A stretch of 64,000 nucleotides of DNA from Fimbriosthenelais zetlandica (taxonomy: Eukaryota), in assembly GCA_977030845.1 (NCBI GenBank), contig OZ365114.1:26660001-26724000 (forward strand), in the 5' to 3' direction. The notes under the pieces are model-generated. The model made no database searches. It saw nothing but the letters and a program-made list of their open reading frames with translations, and was not told the DNA's origin. Made by a program: the position numbers and the translations under genes. Positions 12,101 to 25,859 of the stretch are shown here, one piece after another (position 1 is the stretch's first letter; each line of letters opens with the position of its first letter).

Positions 12101-15100
12101 TCATGCAATCTAAAAGACTTTTTCCTATTTAAGACCGGGGAATTTGCTGTAAAGGTATTAAGTCTATGCATTAGGCAAAGCATTAAGTACAGCACATGAA
12201 TGGCATTAACATGTTGGCTGCAAAAACGTGGCAGGAATTAGTTATTATTTTGCAACAATTGCCTTTCCAACAAGAATTGCTTTCCCCACAAAATTTCAAA
12301 ATATCCATTTTTGGCTTGCTTTAATTGCAGATGAGGTTCTGCGAGAAAACCATGAGAGAGTAAGCAGCAGTGGCACCAGGCCTTGATTTTAGGTGGCAAA
12401 GGTGTTAAGATAGGGTTGAGTTTATGTTAGCTTTTATGTGGATTTACTGGTGTAATATATTTACCTCTATCTGTCTACTATTGGTCGGGGTGGGTAAGGG
12501 GAGCTAATATTCCAGCTCATCTATCCTACCAGATGTACTACTGACTGACTGGTAGAGGCCGGGTGATCACTATGTGGAAGCCATGAAGGTATACGTGTCA
12601 GTGGACTGTGGTGGCAACCATTAAGGCAGCCATCTTCAGAACACAGAGCATGGAAAATCATAATCTTAGCATATTTTATTAACTTCAATTACTAGGACAA
12701 TATCCTCAGAGCCTCAAGCTAAAATGAAATGAACCTTGATATGGCTGGGAAGCTCAGTATAAATTCATTTGTTGATATATTCAGATAATTTCTATTGACC
12801 CTCAATATCCATGTCTGTAAGTAACTCATCCTAATCCAAATGTTAGTCTGGTTTTAAGAGACCATAATCCAGAATATTTCTCATTGGATCTAGTTCTGTC
12901 ATTGGACTCAATACTATCCTATAGTCCCTTCGTACACTCTTCCATACGGCTAGCTCGATAGGGCACCGCCCTCGGCCCTTCCCCACCAACAATGATAGCC
13001 CCAAATAGACTTTCTATGGCCAGGGACAGAAAGATAGATGTTGATGTGGGCTAGGACTCTGTATGGACATCCTATTCACTCAAGCTTTCACTCAGTCTAT
13101 TGTTTCCCTTGTTTCCCATCCATCTGTCCATATATTTGTGTGACAGTACGGTGATATATCAAGCACTAACTGGTGCCTCGTTTAACCATCCATCAGACCT
13201 TCACTTCACACTGAGCTGACACTCACTGATGGCCATTCATGGAAGTAAAGACTTGCTGCCTTTGTAAGCATGATCTCATGTATATTGTAATGTGCCAAGG
13301 GGAAATTAGAGGTTCATGTGTAAACGCATCATTGCATTAGGTACAATGGAACAATGTTTAATTGATAAACACTCATGATCGACGAAGTAAGTCAAGTTAA
13401 ATTCCCTTCAAACGAATATATTTCAAGTTCTACATACCAGATGGGTCTCAATACTGAACCAAGTCTTCGATAATACACTTGTATGTAAATGGAGAAAAGC
13501 CTACCGAACCAAGATAAAAATCTTCTCACTTCGCCTGATATCACCAACAAAGCCATTATATGGCTTTACTACATCAAGTTTCGGGTATGTTAGAGATATG
13601 TAGGTTCATCTGAGGCGACATACAGACATGTCAGACAACAAGGTTTTCTGTTAGAGGATAAAGCAGAGCCAAAGTGCTGGTTTTCTACGGACGTCTATAT
13701 AGTTGTTTAATTGCAGTGGTTTATGCAGTATTTATGGCTTGACTAAATAGCGTAGCCAAAGGAATTTCTAATTCATAAAGTATGTCATAAATCAGATGAA
13801 AATCATCCCTGAAATATGCCGGTCATACACAGAAGGGCAATGAAGAAACAAGTCAATATTCCAGCAAAGTTTCGACAAAAATGATTTAGAAATAACCCCA
13901 AACCGTCAGAGCTCTGCACCACACGACAAAAAACACGTCCCAGAGTGGGACTATTTTGTCTGCTGTAGGAATTGGGAGGACCCAAAAAGCCCTGCGCCTG
14001 CAGCAGATAAGGGCCTTACACCCCAGAAATGCCACATACACAAAGCCCCAAGGGGGGCCTGGGTGTTAGGCAGGGAAAGTAGGCCCTTTTCCAAAAACCA
14101 GCTTCATTCAGTATCAAGCAATAGTGTAAAAAGCTTCAGAAACATATGGACCAGCACTTTGGAACATATCACTCACAGCAGTCGGCTATGGGAGTCCTGG
14201 CAATTACCTTTTTCCAACGGTTCTAAAGGCCTGGCCCATTGTTCCGTTTTTAGCATCCTTTTTGCTGTAAAGCAATTGCCTCGAGCTTGGTTTTGCCTGT
14301 CTGTATTTCAGTAATATCTTTTATTTAATTAGGAAAACTAAAGCAATCAAAACAGGTAGATTATGCCAAGATCTGGTATCTGGTTGTTCTGGGGTATATA
14401 ATGGTAAGATATATTTCACAGAGGCTAACGATCTCTTCCTGGCTGTTTTAAAGGTATATCATCATGTTTTAGGTATCATTTTATTGTCTACTATAACAAG
14501 TTCCTTAAGAGTGTGCTTTAAAAGCCTATACTGATGGGAAAATGATGTTTGATCTGTCTCATCGATTAACAGTAAAACATCGCTTCACATGTTCTCCCAT
14601 GATGGGTTTTAAAGTGTCTCTAATTGTTATATTGATCTATTATCAGTACAGACATCCCTCATGTTGCTATGGTTATGTCTCTACTCAATGTCTCCATGGT
14701 GAGTTAAGGGAAGCCTAGCAATACAAGATGGATCTTCACAGCTTCACGGGATGCTACTTTAGGGAACAATTACTGGTTCAGATCATTGTCTTCTTTACAT
14801 GAATATTCATTTAGGATGAATAATTACCTGGGTCCTTTCTATAACGGCTACCGCTTGATTATAGGGATTATATTAAAGGGGTAGTAGTGTATCAAAATGG
14901 GGGAAAGTCTCAGGATTGTTTCTACATTCTATACTTGTGAAGAAGTGGAAATATCCATTTATATCATTTCGGAATGACAAAAGGTGGTAAAATGAACTGG
15001 AGTGCCTTTCCCATTCGTCCTTGAATGTTACGAATATTCAGGCCAATTCAAAGCAACCTCAGAAAGAAAGCTCAGAAGCCATCTGATTGGAATTCATATG

Positions 15101-17413
15101 TTTTCTGTAAGCTTGAACTAACACATGAAGACGGTGAATAAGGGGTTAGCAGGTTAAGTAGTGAGTGTGTGAAGGACTCCACACATCATGTAGACATGTC
15201 CGTCACTCCACCGTGTGGGTTGAGAGGGGAATATCCTCCTTAATGATACCCCCGTGAACTGACCAATGGTCAGGCTTCAGCCTGGGAGAAAACAAAGATG
15301 CCTTTCTTATATATCAAATACACCACTGACTACTTAAATAATCTGTTTTCCTGACCACTTACACATGGGATGTTTCTGTGTACATTTAGGGCAGTAGGTG
15401 GGCATTATCTGTGGCCTTGGGATGGTTATTCCAATGTGCAGTGCCCACTTAGTGATGGACCATTGTTTGCCTTTCTTGTTCAGTCCAGGCGGTCAAGCGT
15501 TGGATGGCAGCGGTCAGTAGCCTGGGTATTGTATGTGATATATTATTCTGACCACGTGTACTGGCCTTGATTGGGAGGGAGAGAGTTGTTAGGGACCTAT
15601 TCATATAGCCGCCTTGGACCTGCCATGATTAACAGTGCTAGTCACAAAAGGTAGCCAAGACCTGGTTTCTGATACTTTCCCTTTCTGAGAAATACCACCT
15701 CCAGATTTGTTTTCTAGAGAATGTAATATACGAAAATAAAATTGGCAATAACGTGTCCTTGAAACACCTTTAAAAAAATCAACTTTCCAAGGAAGATTTT
15801 AACAGCAATTCAAATCTTCCAAAGGATTGGCCTTTGGAAGTATGTATAATCTTGCCCTATAGAGCTATACAAGTCTGGTATGTGAGACGAATAGCAAAAA
15901 TATAATAGATTATCTAGAGGCATGCCCGTGAAGCGCAGACATGAAGCCTGATATCCCGTGCTTGCTAGCAGTGCATTTGTTTGAGGAGGTTTTTAGTTGT
16001 TCAGAACATCAATGCTCTGTGCAGGGACAGACGGGGAGGTTGACTGTGGGAGGCAGTCCACGGATTCATCACGACTGAGCGCTGAACACGGCGAGACCTG
16101 TTCTTACAGAGCAGGTGCAACTGTTTACCTCTCCTGGACAAGGAGGTCGGGGAAGGTTCCTTATACTTCCTCCTCAGCCATGGACCATTATAGAGAGGTG
16201 GGAGGTGGGGGAGTGGAGGGGAATTCAAAGCGAGTCAATGTGATGCACATTGTCAAGGCCAAAGCCCTACTCAATGCATACTTCCGGTTCCTTTGCATCT
16301 GTCCCCGAGTTCTCCAAACTTGAGGCACTCTGGTCAGGGTCATGACCCCATTTTCCCTCACACTAATGGGTTGAATATACATGTAGTTATTTCTGCACAA
16401 AACAATAAAGAACATCCATTTCCTGCACTTAGATTTTCAAAAATCAACAAATTCCTTTACAGATAGAAGCATCTGTTCCGAGTCAAATATTGACCAATGA
16501 CCTGAAGATAATAGAGAGACCAATCCCATGACTCGGTCTCATCAACAAACAGGAATAGATACTTCTGATGTACTTCTGTTTTGACATGTCTAAGGTCGCA
16601 GTCGCTTCCACTGTCCTTCTTTTACACTCTCAACGGGACCTCCACCTCATTTTCTTCCCCTTAAGAGACCAACCCACACCTACTGTACTGACCACTTAAT
16701 AACTCTTACATCTCAGAGAAGGATCTTCTCCATCTCCTATCACATCTCTTGACTGGACCAACAGGGACTGCACCAAAATGTTCAGAATAAATTTTAAAGC
16801 AATTAATTGTCTAATGCTTGAAATGTGCAGGAGAGTTAATTGTAGAGAGAATAGATGTATTGTGACGAGTACTTTACTGGTGTATATGGATGATTTGGGA
16901 TTGAGGGAAGGAAGGGCTGGTTAATGGAGGGGATGAAGGGATAAGGGGAGGCATCCAAGGACTTGAGGTGAAATGTGGGACTATTTCTTGACTGAAAACA
17001 TTTGGGACATATTTACCCCTAAAGGAATGGGTTGGTGCAGTGCTACAAAACAATGAAATCAAACGTATAGAAGAATGATGGCACTGCACGCCAATCGATT
17101 ACACATCAAACTATTTTGACCTGTTCCATCCAAATTCCGTGAGAATCTACAAGTCGCTGATCAGTTTTCCCTTGGGGGATTTTCCAGGGCCAGAACACTT
17201 TGTGGCCCTGGATGGCATACCTACAGAGGGTAAGATATATTCATTTATGTGTGGGAGGGGGAGCAGCACCTAGAGATGGCCTCACCCCACCCGGGCTCTG
17301 AACTCTAATGGAGCTGACCCAGTTTGTGTCAGAGATGCATTAAAACCGTCTGGGGTTTCCTTGGTCACTCCTCAAAGGGTTCTTGGATCAAAAGAAGAGG
17401 ACCATGCAGGCAA

Positions 17414-17430
17414 TGACCTTCGCCTGACCT
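17414..17430 (-). promoter_or_regulatory. Perfect DR5 nuclear-receptor element (RARE-type)
   Basis: TGACCT-TCGCC-TGACCT on +, which reads AGGTCA-N5-AGGTCA on -. This is the canonical RAR/RXR DR5 spacing. Motif match only. Confidence 0.4.
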
Positions 17431-18721
17431 CTCCTTGCTACGGAGCCTGTTGGGTCCCGGTGGAAGGATCGCGGGTTAGGGGTTAAAAACTGAACCTCCT
17501 AAACTTACATGTTCCGTGAAAGGTACCAAACGTCCCGAGGCTGGGGTCAAGTCAGAAACCTGGGGTCATCATATTTTAATATTTTCTTCATAATGCCAGC
17601 TTTAAGCCCACTTTTCATACATATGGATACTAGAGACAATTTGTAAAGGCATGCGCTGTATCAATGCATGCAGGGAATGCATGTGGAAAGTAGAGGTTCA
17701 TATTGCATATAAAACAGGCGATGAAATCAATCGCAAATACTTATAGCCTCACACTTGTGGATAGATTCATGTTTAACCCACATTTTAAAACTTAATGTAA
17801 TACCATTCTAACAAACAATGTTAGTTTTAATGAAACTTAACATGAAATGAATTCATAATGGAAATACTGCTTTCACAATGGCTGACAGGAAACATCGGTT
17901 GTGCCCCAATTGTTATGGATTTTCAATCACCATTCATAAAAATAGCCAGAGTGTATCAGGGGAGATAAAAAACTGGGCATTCCCATGCATGGAATGGAGC
18001 AGCAGAAGCAAGGTGGGTGATTTTTGTTGACAATTCTGAGGCAATCTATGGCCCATAATGACTGAGAGGAGGCCGGGTTTCCAATAGGCCTGCAGCGCGT
18101 CTGGCAGGCGTTTTAAGCATTCGTTCCCATCTATATGTGATTACAATGCCTGGTGGACTGATCGGAATAGACATGCTTTGGGAAAAGCAATTATGGCAGA
18201 GGGCTACTTGATCCAGAGTTTTCACTACGATGGGTTAATGTCATATCATAAAAAACTCAACTCTTAAAAAGCCTAATCATCTCAGGGGTTTGGTAAGACG
18301 AATAGGTAATTATCACCGGATGTATTGATTATGAACAGATCATTTATATTTTGGTAATGGATGAAGCAGTTCCAAGTCCAATAAATACTGGTCATGTGTT
18401 CTGGTATTGCATGGGAGCTCAAGACTGACAATTAAAATATATTGATTGATAAATGGTAACGGGCATTTTTCTCGTGCCTCTATAAACGTTTTCTATGGGC
18501 ATACCTAGGAATAGAGCACCGTTTGGTCGGGTAAAAAGACTAAATGTCTCTGATAGGCATTACAATATGCAACACTATTGAACGGAGGAATGGCATTTTA
18601 CAGATAGCTAATAGTATGCACTTATCTGAGTTGCCATACCTTTTAATATGCTGTTTCAGCTATCACATGTTACCTTAGAATATGTTCTACAAGCATTCTT
18701 TCTAAAGCTTCAAATGGCTTA

Positions 18722-18812
18722 TGTAAGCCTTGAACATCTTGTATAGGTCTTCAATACTCTGTGTAGGCCTGGAACATTCTGTAAAAGCCTCGCAACATTC
18801 TGTGAACAGGCT
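18722..18812. repeat. Degenerate ~18-21-bp minisatellite
   Basis: Successive units TGTAAGCCTTGAACATCT / TGTATAGGTCTTCAATACTC / TGTGTAGGCCTGGAACATTC / TGTAAAAGCCTCGCAACATTC / TGTGAACAGGC. Confidence 0.6.
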
Positions 18813-20222
18813 GGGGAGGCTTGAGCTCGGCAGAAGGCTGAATATGTATGGTATGATGTCTTTAACAATCAATATAAAGGAGGTGTTCCTTGCTGCCTTA
18901 CAGATAACAATGATCACAAGTGATGGCTAGGTGGAGCTGTATGTGGGACTTTCTACATACATCCATACAGCCACCAGCTGTCTCTCCACTGTATCATAGG
19001 CCATGGTAAAATACAGTACTGTTATAGCAAAAAAAACTGGTTGAAAGGGATAATTTTCATTATATGATTTCATGCACTATACACTGTGGAAAAGGAAATC
19101 CTTTTTGATTACAAAAGACATATTGATTGTTAAAGTCAAAATCGAGGGATATGCGATAAGAGATTTTTGCTGTTTTGAGTTGGTTGCACATGCTTGTGTG
19201 CTCAGCCAATGTTCTATATTGATAATAAGCTCGTTCTCAGACCAGCCTCCATGTCCTACTTCCGGTCCATTATCAGCCAATATTCTCCCCCAAACGTTAG
19301 GTTTTATCCACGGTGTGTATATTGTCAGCATTAGTCAGGGATATATAGGCGGACTAAGGGCACCTGGGTGTTCTAGCTCAGTACCAAGGTGCTGTGGAGG
19401 GGTGGGAGGTTTTGGAGGGACCTGGGTGTTGTGGGCGATGGTTGGATTGTTCTCCTGGATACAAATCAGCAGAATGTTTCCTTTGATCTCCGCTAGGATT
19501 GTGTTGGTGGACAAACAGAGAGAGAAAGCATGTTCAGTGAGGCGTGTCAATAGGTCCAGTGATGTGGAAGGGGTGAGGGCAGTGTATCTGTGTCATCAGG
19601 TTTTGTTGTGTAAGTATTCCACAATGTTAGGCCTCCTAGGTAAAGATGGCAAGATATACATGATTCTACTGTAGGCCTACAGTCAATCCATGCAGTTGAT
19701 GTTCTTCATCATGACATTGTAGATATATCATTTAACATAGTTCTACTAATATCTTAAGAAAGTTTAGGGAACTGACTGTTGAGTTAAGATTGACAACAGT
19801 TGGTTTAGCAATGGGCTACCAGTCCCTGGAGCAGCTTCCCTCAAATCCCTCCCACTCTATCTACAATATCTGATAGTACACAGACCTGAGGTTGATATAC
19901 AAACGGTCCTTTTAATCAGGAGTAGACAAGACTGATACAGGGCAAAGAGCAGGGGATCAAGGACGCGCGTCCTATCTGGCTCAGATGGCCCATCTGGGGT
20001 CAGATTGGGCCAGGAGGAGGCCCCATAAACATCATTACATCTGCCTATCCTTGCTCAAGCTCTCAGAATGCAATATGGTGGAGAAAACTGACGTTACAGC
20101 GATCTCTGGTGATTCGTATGCTCTACGATGCTCACCAGGCGTAGACGGGACTCTGAGAGATGACAAGGATCTACTGATGGACCCCAGCATCTCAGAGTAT
20201 TCCCCACTGCTACTATGAATTA

Positions 20223-20321
20223 CAGGGGGGTCCTGTAAAATTAAAAGACAGTCTAGGTTGAAATTATTCAGTTCTGTAAAAAAAGATTAGCCAGGAGGAC
20301 ATGAAATACAGGATCCCCCTG
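20223..20321. mobile_element. 99-bp MITE, Tc1/mariner-like (TA TSD)
   Basis: TIRs CAGGGGGGTCCTGTA (20223-20237) and TACAGGATCCCCCTG (20307-20321), 14/15 complementary. TA flanks both ends (20221-20222, 20322-20323). Confidence 0.65.
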
Positions 20322-23300
20322 TAACATCTACAAGCTGTATCGATGCCGTACACCTTCATATACATGTATGCAGTATTTTCAACTATATCCCTTGCAGGAT
20401 AAACTCCATGCAGAAAATAATAATTAATTATATCAAATATGTTAAATACACAATGAGAAACAACTCACCGACTGAAGTGGAATGTGCGCCTACCAGGGAC
20501 CCTGAAAAGATAAAGGAATATTAAATAACATTTCCTGCCATTTTGAATACATTTACTATACATATAACAGAATATACATGCCACTGTACAACCATAGGCT
20601 AAACATTATTGTGCAACGCATCCATATTATAGATATTTTCACCAATTTTCACATTCAGAATTGAGTGTAAGGGCCTCTAGAATATCCCGCGTAGATCTCG
20701 TTTAAAGGATAATAGAATAAGCCTGATATTGTTAAAGGCATCAAAGTATCATTGTTCATAGTCATTAGATATCAGCCGCCCGCCATTTCCACCCTTTATC
20801 CCCCTCTTGGGGCGGGGAATCCTTGGTTAAATGACTGTAGTATAGCATGGTGTTTATAAAAGTTGGCACTCAGCAAGGTAGAGCGGCCATGATGTGGTGT
20901 GTTAATATTGTATGTCCTGTCAGGCCTGCTTTACCACCTACATGGCGGGTCTGGTGTGATAAAACATGATCACAGGCCGCCAGGGGCGTGTGTGTGGACT
21001 AAGGTAAGACCGGGGGCTGTCATAATGTTAATTAATCCGCCATCTTCAAGCTTCGACCGGAAAAGGACTTTTTTCCTGGGATTGAAGTCAGGTTTTCTTC
21101 AAAACTGATGCCAAGCAGATTCCTAGATATAAGTGAATCTAGATCTAGAGCTTTAGTCACCCATAGAAGTTTGATGTTAAGCTTATCTAATGTATTATAA
21201 TGTAGTGGCTGGTGTTTTATGTAAATTGGCTATTTTATTTAATTCGTATATACACAATAATGACAATTGATAAAAGAAACCAAAAGTATCTTCTTTGGTG
21301 TTGAATATTTGTATAGTTTATTTTGGTTAGGATCACCTGAAAATATGCGGTAAAGTGTCCTTCACAATTTTCGGACCAGTCCCAGGCAGTTTTAGGTCAA
21401 GAATAGGATTTCATTTTTAAATATTAAGAAAAAAATCATTGAGGCAATAATTTCTTAGGGAAGTTCATAGTAAAGCAACAGAATGCCTGGTTTGTGTGGA
21501 GGCAATGGCGGCCTGCAGCGTTCTAAAGGTTGTAACCACTCGCTAGTCACATGACAGTAGTACTGGCTATTGATTGGCTACAGCCTAATTGTCATGTCCA
21601 ATCAGAGTAGAGTGTGTAAACAGCTTGCGTGGAGATTCAACATTGATTTAAACAGGCAGCTGAGGCAGGGTTTGATCAGCTGCTCGCCTAGTTTAGACAA
21701 ACACCAACTTCCCTTTAACTGCTCTAAATTTTTCACTGATTTTGTCTGAATGGTCTACTTATTTTTACTGGGTTATTGGAACAATCTGTGCGCAGGATGC
21801 TGAAACTGTGTGGGTAATGTTTGTATTCAGCCAAATTAGAAAAAAAGTAAGCAAATAAATCTCTTCCATGAACGAACCCAAAATTCAGTCCCAGTCAACA
21901 AAACCTCCATTCATGGGACCCATATTAAATTGACGTGTCTTCTGAGAGCAATGTCCCCTTCCTGATGCAACATCGCATATTTTTTTGTATTCAAGAGGAA
22001 AAAAGACAAACAGAAATGCATCAAAACCACCAAACAGGCATCATCCATTTGCCCAGTAAACAATGTTCATCCAGTTTCCAACTGCAAGGTGGGGAACACA
22101 ATACAAAGCAGCTGGCTCTGGTATATTTTTTACAGAAAATTGGCAAACAATGGTTAGAGACTGTTGTTTGATATTCTGTGGGAATGATGGCATGTTACCC
22201 AAGCTGGGATAGGTAAAAATCACCCCTCTCTCATTGTCTGTTATCAAAATCACTAGAACAGAAACTTCCAAGAATTATGCTCATTTTTAATGGGCCTTTC
22301 TCAGATCATGTGATGTGGTCACGTCATGCCACAATAAAAACATGAGATTTATCAGTGAGGGGCCATCACTGAGGGAGAACATGAGACTTAAGGGTTTAGA
22401 GAATGGTTTAATGCTTCCCAAGCCACCCGTTCCACCCAGGTGATCTGTAACTATTTCCTCTCTTTTCAAGTCTTGCTAGCAAATGCAATAACAGCCAAAG
22501 AAAGGAGGACATCAATTTTCCGTTAGAAATGCCATTAATCCTTTCAATTTTTCAAATGACCTCAGGAGGTTTAGAGTTGTAATTGGAACAGAGGGATTTA
22601 GAATAGGAGCCAATTTAAAAGAATAATTAACTTAAAACACAGTTTAGTGAAAATGCAAAATAAACCAAATAAGATTTTTTAAGTCCGGATCCTTGATTAT
22701 AAGAGTGATGAAAATCTGGTAATACCGAATGAATTGGGATAATAAGATTTGTTCCAGGTAATCCTAAAAATGAGAATCGTACAGAAAGAGTCCCTGGAAA
22801 ATGAAATAATATTTCCAGTGGTAACCTATAAGGTCACCTGGAAATGAGAAGTCCCGGATGTCAATGATGAGAGCATGTGATGTGAATGACAATAGCAACA
22901 AGCAATGTACAATGGACATCAACATGGATGAGGACAACCAGAGACCATTTATGGGGATCGCTCGCCATTTAATGACAAATCACAATAGGTGGATCCATGT
23001 ATCACGTATACAAGTCTCTCTGTGCATGAAATATAAGGCGATCTGACCATCATTTCCCATGCCCACTCAGTAAGGCAGATGACACTGCCCCCATTGCATG
23101 TGACCAGTTTAAAAAGTGTAATAAACTCCGGATAGAGCAAAGCTTTCACCGCCCCCTATTGCATGGGATGTGACTTTATTGCCAGCTCACGTGATGCTAA
23201 CTGAGAGTGAAAAGATCCTCAGTCAGTCACAGCTTTTGTGAGAGGCATTTATCGTCTCTGTGATTGTAAAGCCGAGCAGCAAGCCACTGATCGATTGACG

Positions 23301-24457
23301 ACAACACGCGGGCCACGGTTTCCACTCATCACAATATCCTAGTGGCATAAATCATCCAAACTGGTTTTAAATCCAAATAGATCTGTTTTAATCTCTTAAA
23401 TCAAAATAGATCCCTGTTTTATGTTGGAAATAAAAAAGCTCCTGCTCATACTGAATTCATTGCCTGGTACCTCAAATGGGGAGAGCATGAGATTGTTTTT
23501 TTCTTATTTTTCATGGTCCCAATTTTGTGAGCTGTGAATGATATTCAGTCTCAAGGGGGAACCCTTATTTTTAGCTCATGAAAATATCTTTTATTCCATT
23601 ATTGATAAATTGCCTATTGACTCTATCGTTCATTTGAGTATAGATTACATCAGATTCAGCCGTTAAAACCCATGAATGATGACATCCAGCCTCAGATCTC
23701 TAACAGGAAACCCAGACAGTAAAACAAAAAACATGAAAAGTGTGGCCATTCTTCCTCATCCATCAGGGCATTATCACTACACCCCACACTTGATAATCAG
23801 ATAAATGCCACCACACCCTGCCTCACAAAATAAACCATCATTCATTACAGTAACAACTCTCACTCTCCATCCATTTAAACTGGAAATCCACTAACTCCAG
23901 TACCCGGAACGTGAAGGCAGACAGTATTGATAGATTCTAATAAATGTGTTTTTCATCTCAAATCATTAGCTTTGGAACCTGCTCAATGCCTTGTGTTGGA
24001 CCGTTTGATCTTGACGAGAATTCTGCAGTTGAACATAAATATTGGCGAATGTTCAAATGTTATTTCAAACAGGCTGATCGCTGCGTTCCTTCTCATATTC
24101 AATATTTGCCCTCGCTCCTGGCTGTTCTCCCGATCAAATTATTGTCGGTAGAGCATGCTTTTGAGACTAGTTGAGCCTGTACCGCCGGTATTTAGGGCGA
24201 GGTAAGGCAGTTTTGTAATCATTATGGTCTCTTACTGGGAGAGTAGCCAACCAAGCTAGATTCCCAGACAGTATAAGTGATGTCCCCGAGGATTCTCCGA
24301 ACTTTATGGACCCCAGCCACTAAACTTGATAATTTCTGAATTTCCGAATGTCACCCAAAACATCAAGTGCATCCAGGAGAGGTCATGTGGATAGAAAAAA
24401 CAGTGAAAGGGAAATAGGATCAGTCATTTCCGACCCTCGTTGAAGGTCTATTGGTCC

Positions 24458-24551
24458 ATTTCCGGTTCTCAGCAGTGAGAGCGAGGCTAGACACCCACTT
24501 CCGGTTGATAGTGTCATGGCGGCCGTCCGCTGTGTGAATTATTTGGTGAGC
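24458..24551 (+). promoter_or_regulatory. ETS/YY1 cluster with candidate first exon (MAAVRCVNYL)
   Basis: ATTTCCGG at 24458 and ACTTCCGG at 24497. ATGGCGGCC at 24516 is followed by 10 codons and the donor-like TTG|GTGAGC at 24546. Confidence 0.25.
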
Positions 24552-25820
24552 TCAGATTTACAGCTTACTGTTCTTACAATCTGGTACTGTGTGGACGCCT
24601 GTAGGTGATAAATGGGGGATTAGCTAACAATAGGTCTATCACTATCAATGGATGCTTAACAAAGGGCTTTCACTGCGATGAGACAGAGATTGACACTGAT
24701 ACAGCCTGGGTGTAATGTTACTGATAAGAAGTAGCTCATCCAGGGAGCCCCAGCTCCCGTCGACAAGAAATACCTTGACATTTAAAGGCATCTTGTCTTC
24801 ACTTGTTGCAATACAAACACAAATGGGGTTTATATATGCATGTATATTGATATTGTCCTGCAGAACTTTACATCATCATTCTGCATATTATAGTCACATA
24901 TTTGTTCTTATAAATGTGCTGTGGATGTAGGCCGATGTGTTTAGTCAAGTTCATTTTGTCACTGCTTAGTTATTGCTTAGTCACTTTCATTATGAATTAA
25001 TAACTTGGTTGTTACAGGAATTGACATCTCTCTCGACAAAATGTGGACTCACATGTAGCCAGTCATGTAGGTGACTGGCATCTGTAACCTTTGGGTATGG
25101 GACTTTGAAAGAATTGCAAGTCACGTATATCTAATGGACATCTCAAATGACCTGGCACACTAATTGTGTACCTATCAGGCATCATTGCCTTGTGATTCTT
25201 GCAGTGACGTTTGTTGGTGGAGTTTGTCTACAAGACCATCAACTGCAAGTACCAGTACTGTACCAGTACTGACCAATTCATTTTCTGAAAGTCTTCCGGT
25301 GCCAAAGTAATAAAAACAAAATCCAGATATAAAGAAGCCACATGATTCCATAATACACATATAATATCAAAGATGAAGAACCCTTGAAGCTGTACAGCCA
25401 TTGGAATTGAACCCATATCCCTGAACCCCAATGCTTGGCGAGGGACAGGCGGCAGGTGCACAGGAAAAGTGCGGGATTAAGGTCAGGTATTGGGTCATGG
25501 AATAAACAATAACAAGGTCAACTCAGACAAAGGTTGCTATATATCCAATCAGGTAGAAGCCTTCCAAAATAGAGATCTACACTCGAAGGTGAACCTGAAA
25601 CCGTCATCACGGTTAAATTCCTTTTGTGAGTACAACATTTCAATTTCCGGTTCCTGAACTAAGGTCCAGAATACAGCGCTGTATTCCATACTGAATAGGA
25701 GCACTGGGATAGGAACTAAAGTGGATGAAATAAAAGGGTTTGTAGAAATTGCTGATGCAGCAGTGTTGTTGGTAGGATGGAGTGGGTTAATGTTTTACTG
25801 CCTACAATAGGTCAGGGTTA

Positions 25821-25859
25821 TGAGTGACCACTGTTGAGTGACCACTGTTGACTGACCAC
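25821..25859. repeat. 14-bp tandem repeat, ~2.8 copies
   Basis: TGAGTGACCACTGT x2 followed by TGACTGACCAC. Confidence 0.85.

Noticed and set aside
19072-19674. Longest ORF (200 aa, +) and the antisense ORFs 19077-19331 and 19335-19550
   Set aside because: No recognisable domain and no convincing gene context. An ORF of this length can arise by chance in 64 kb.
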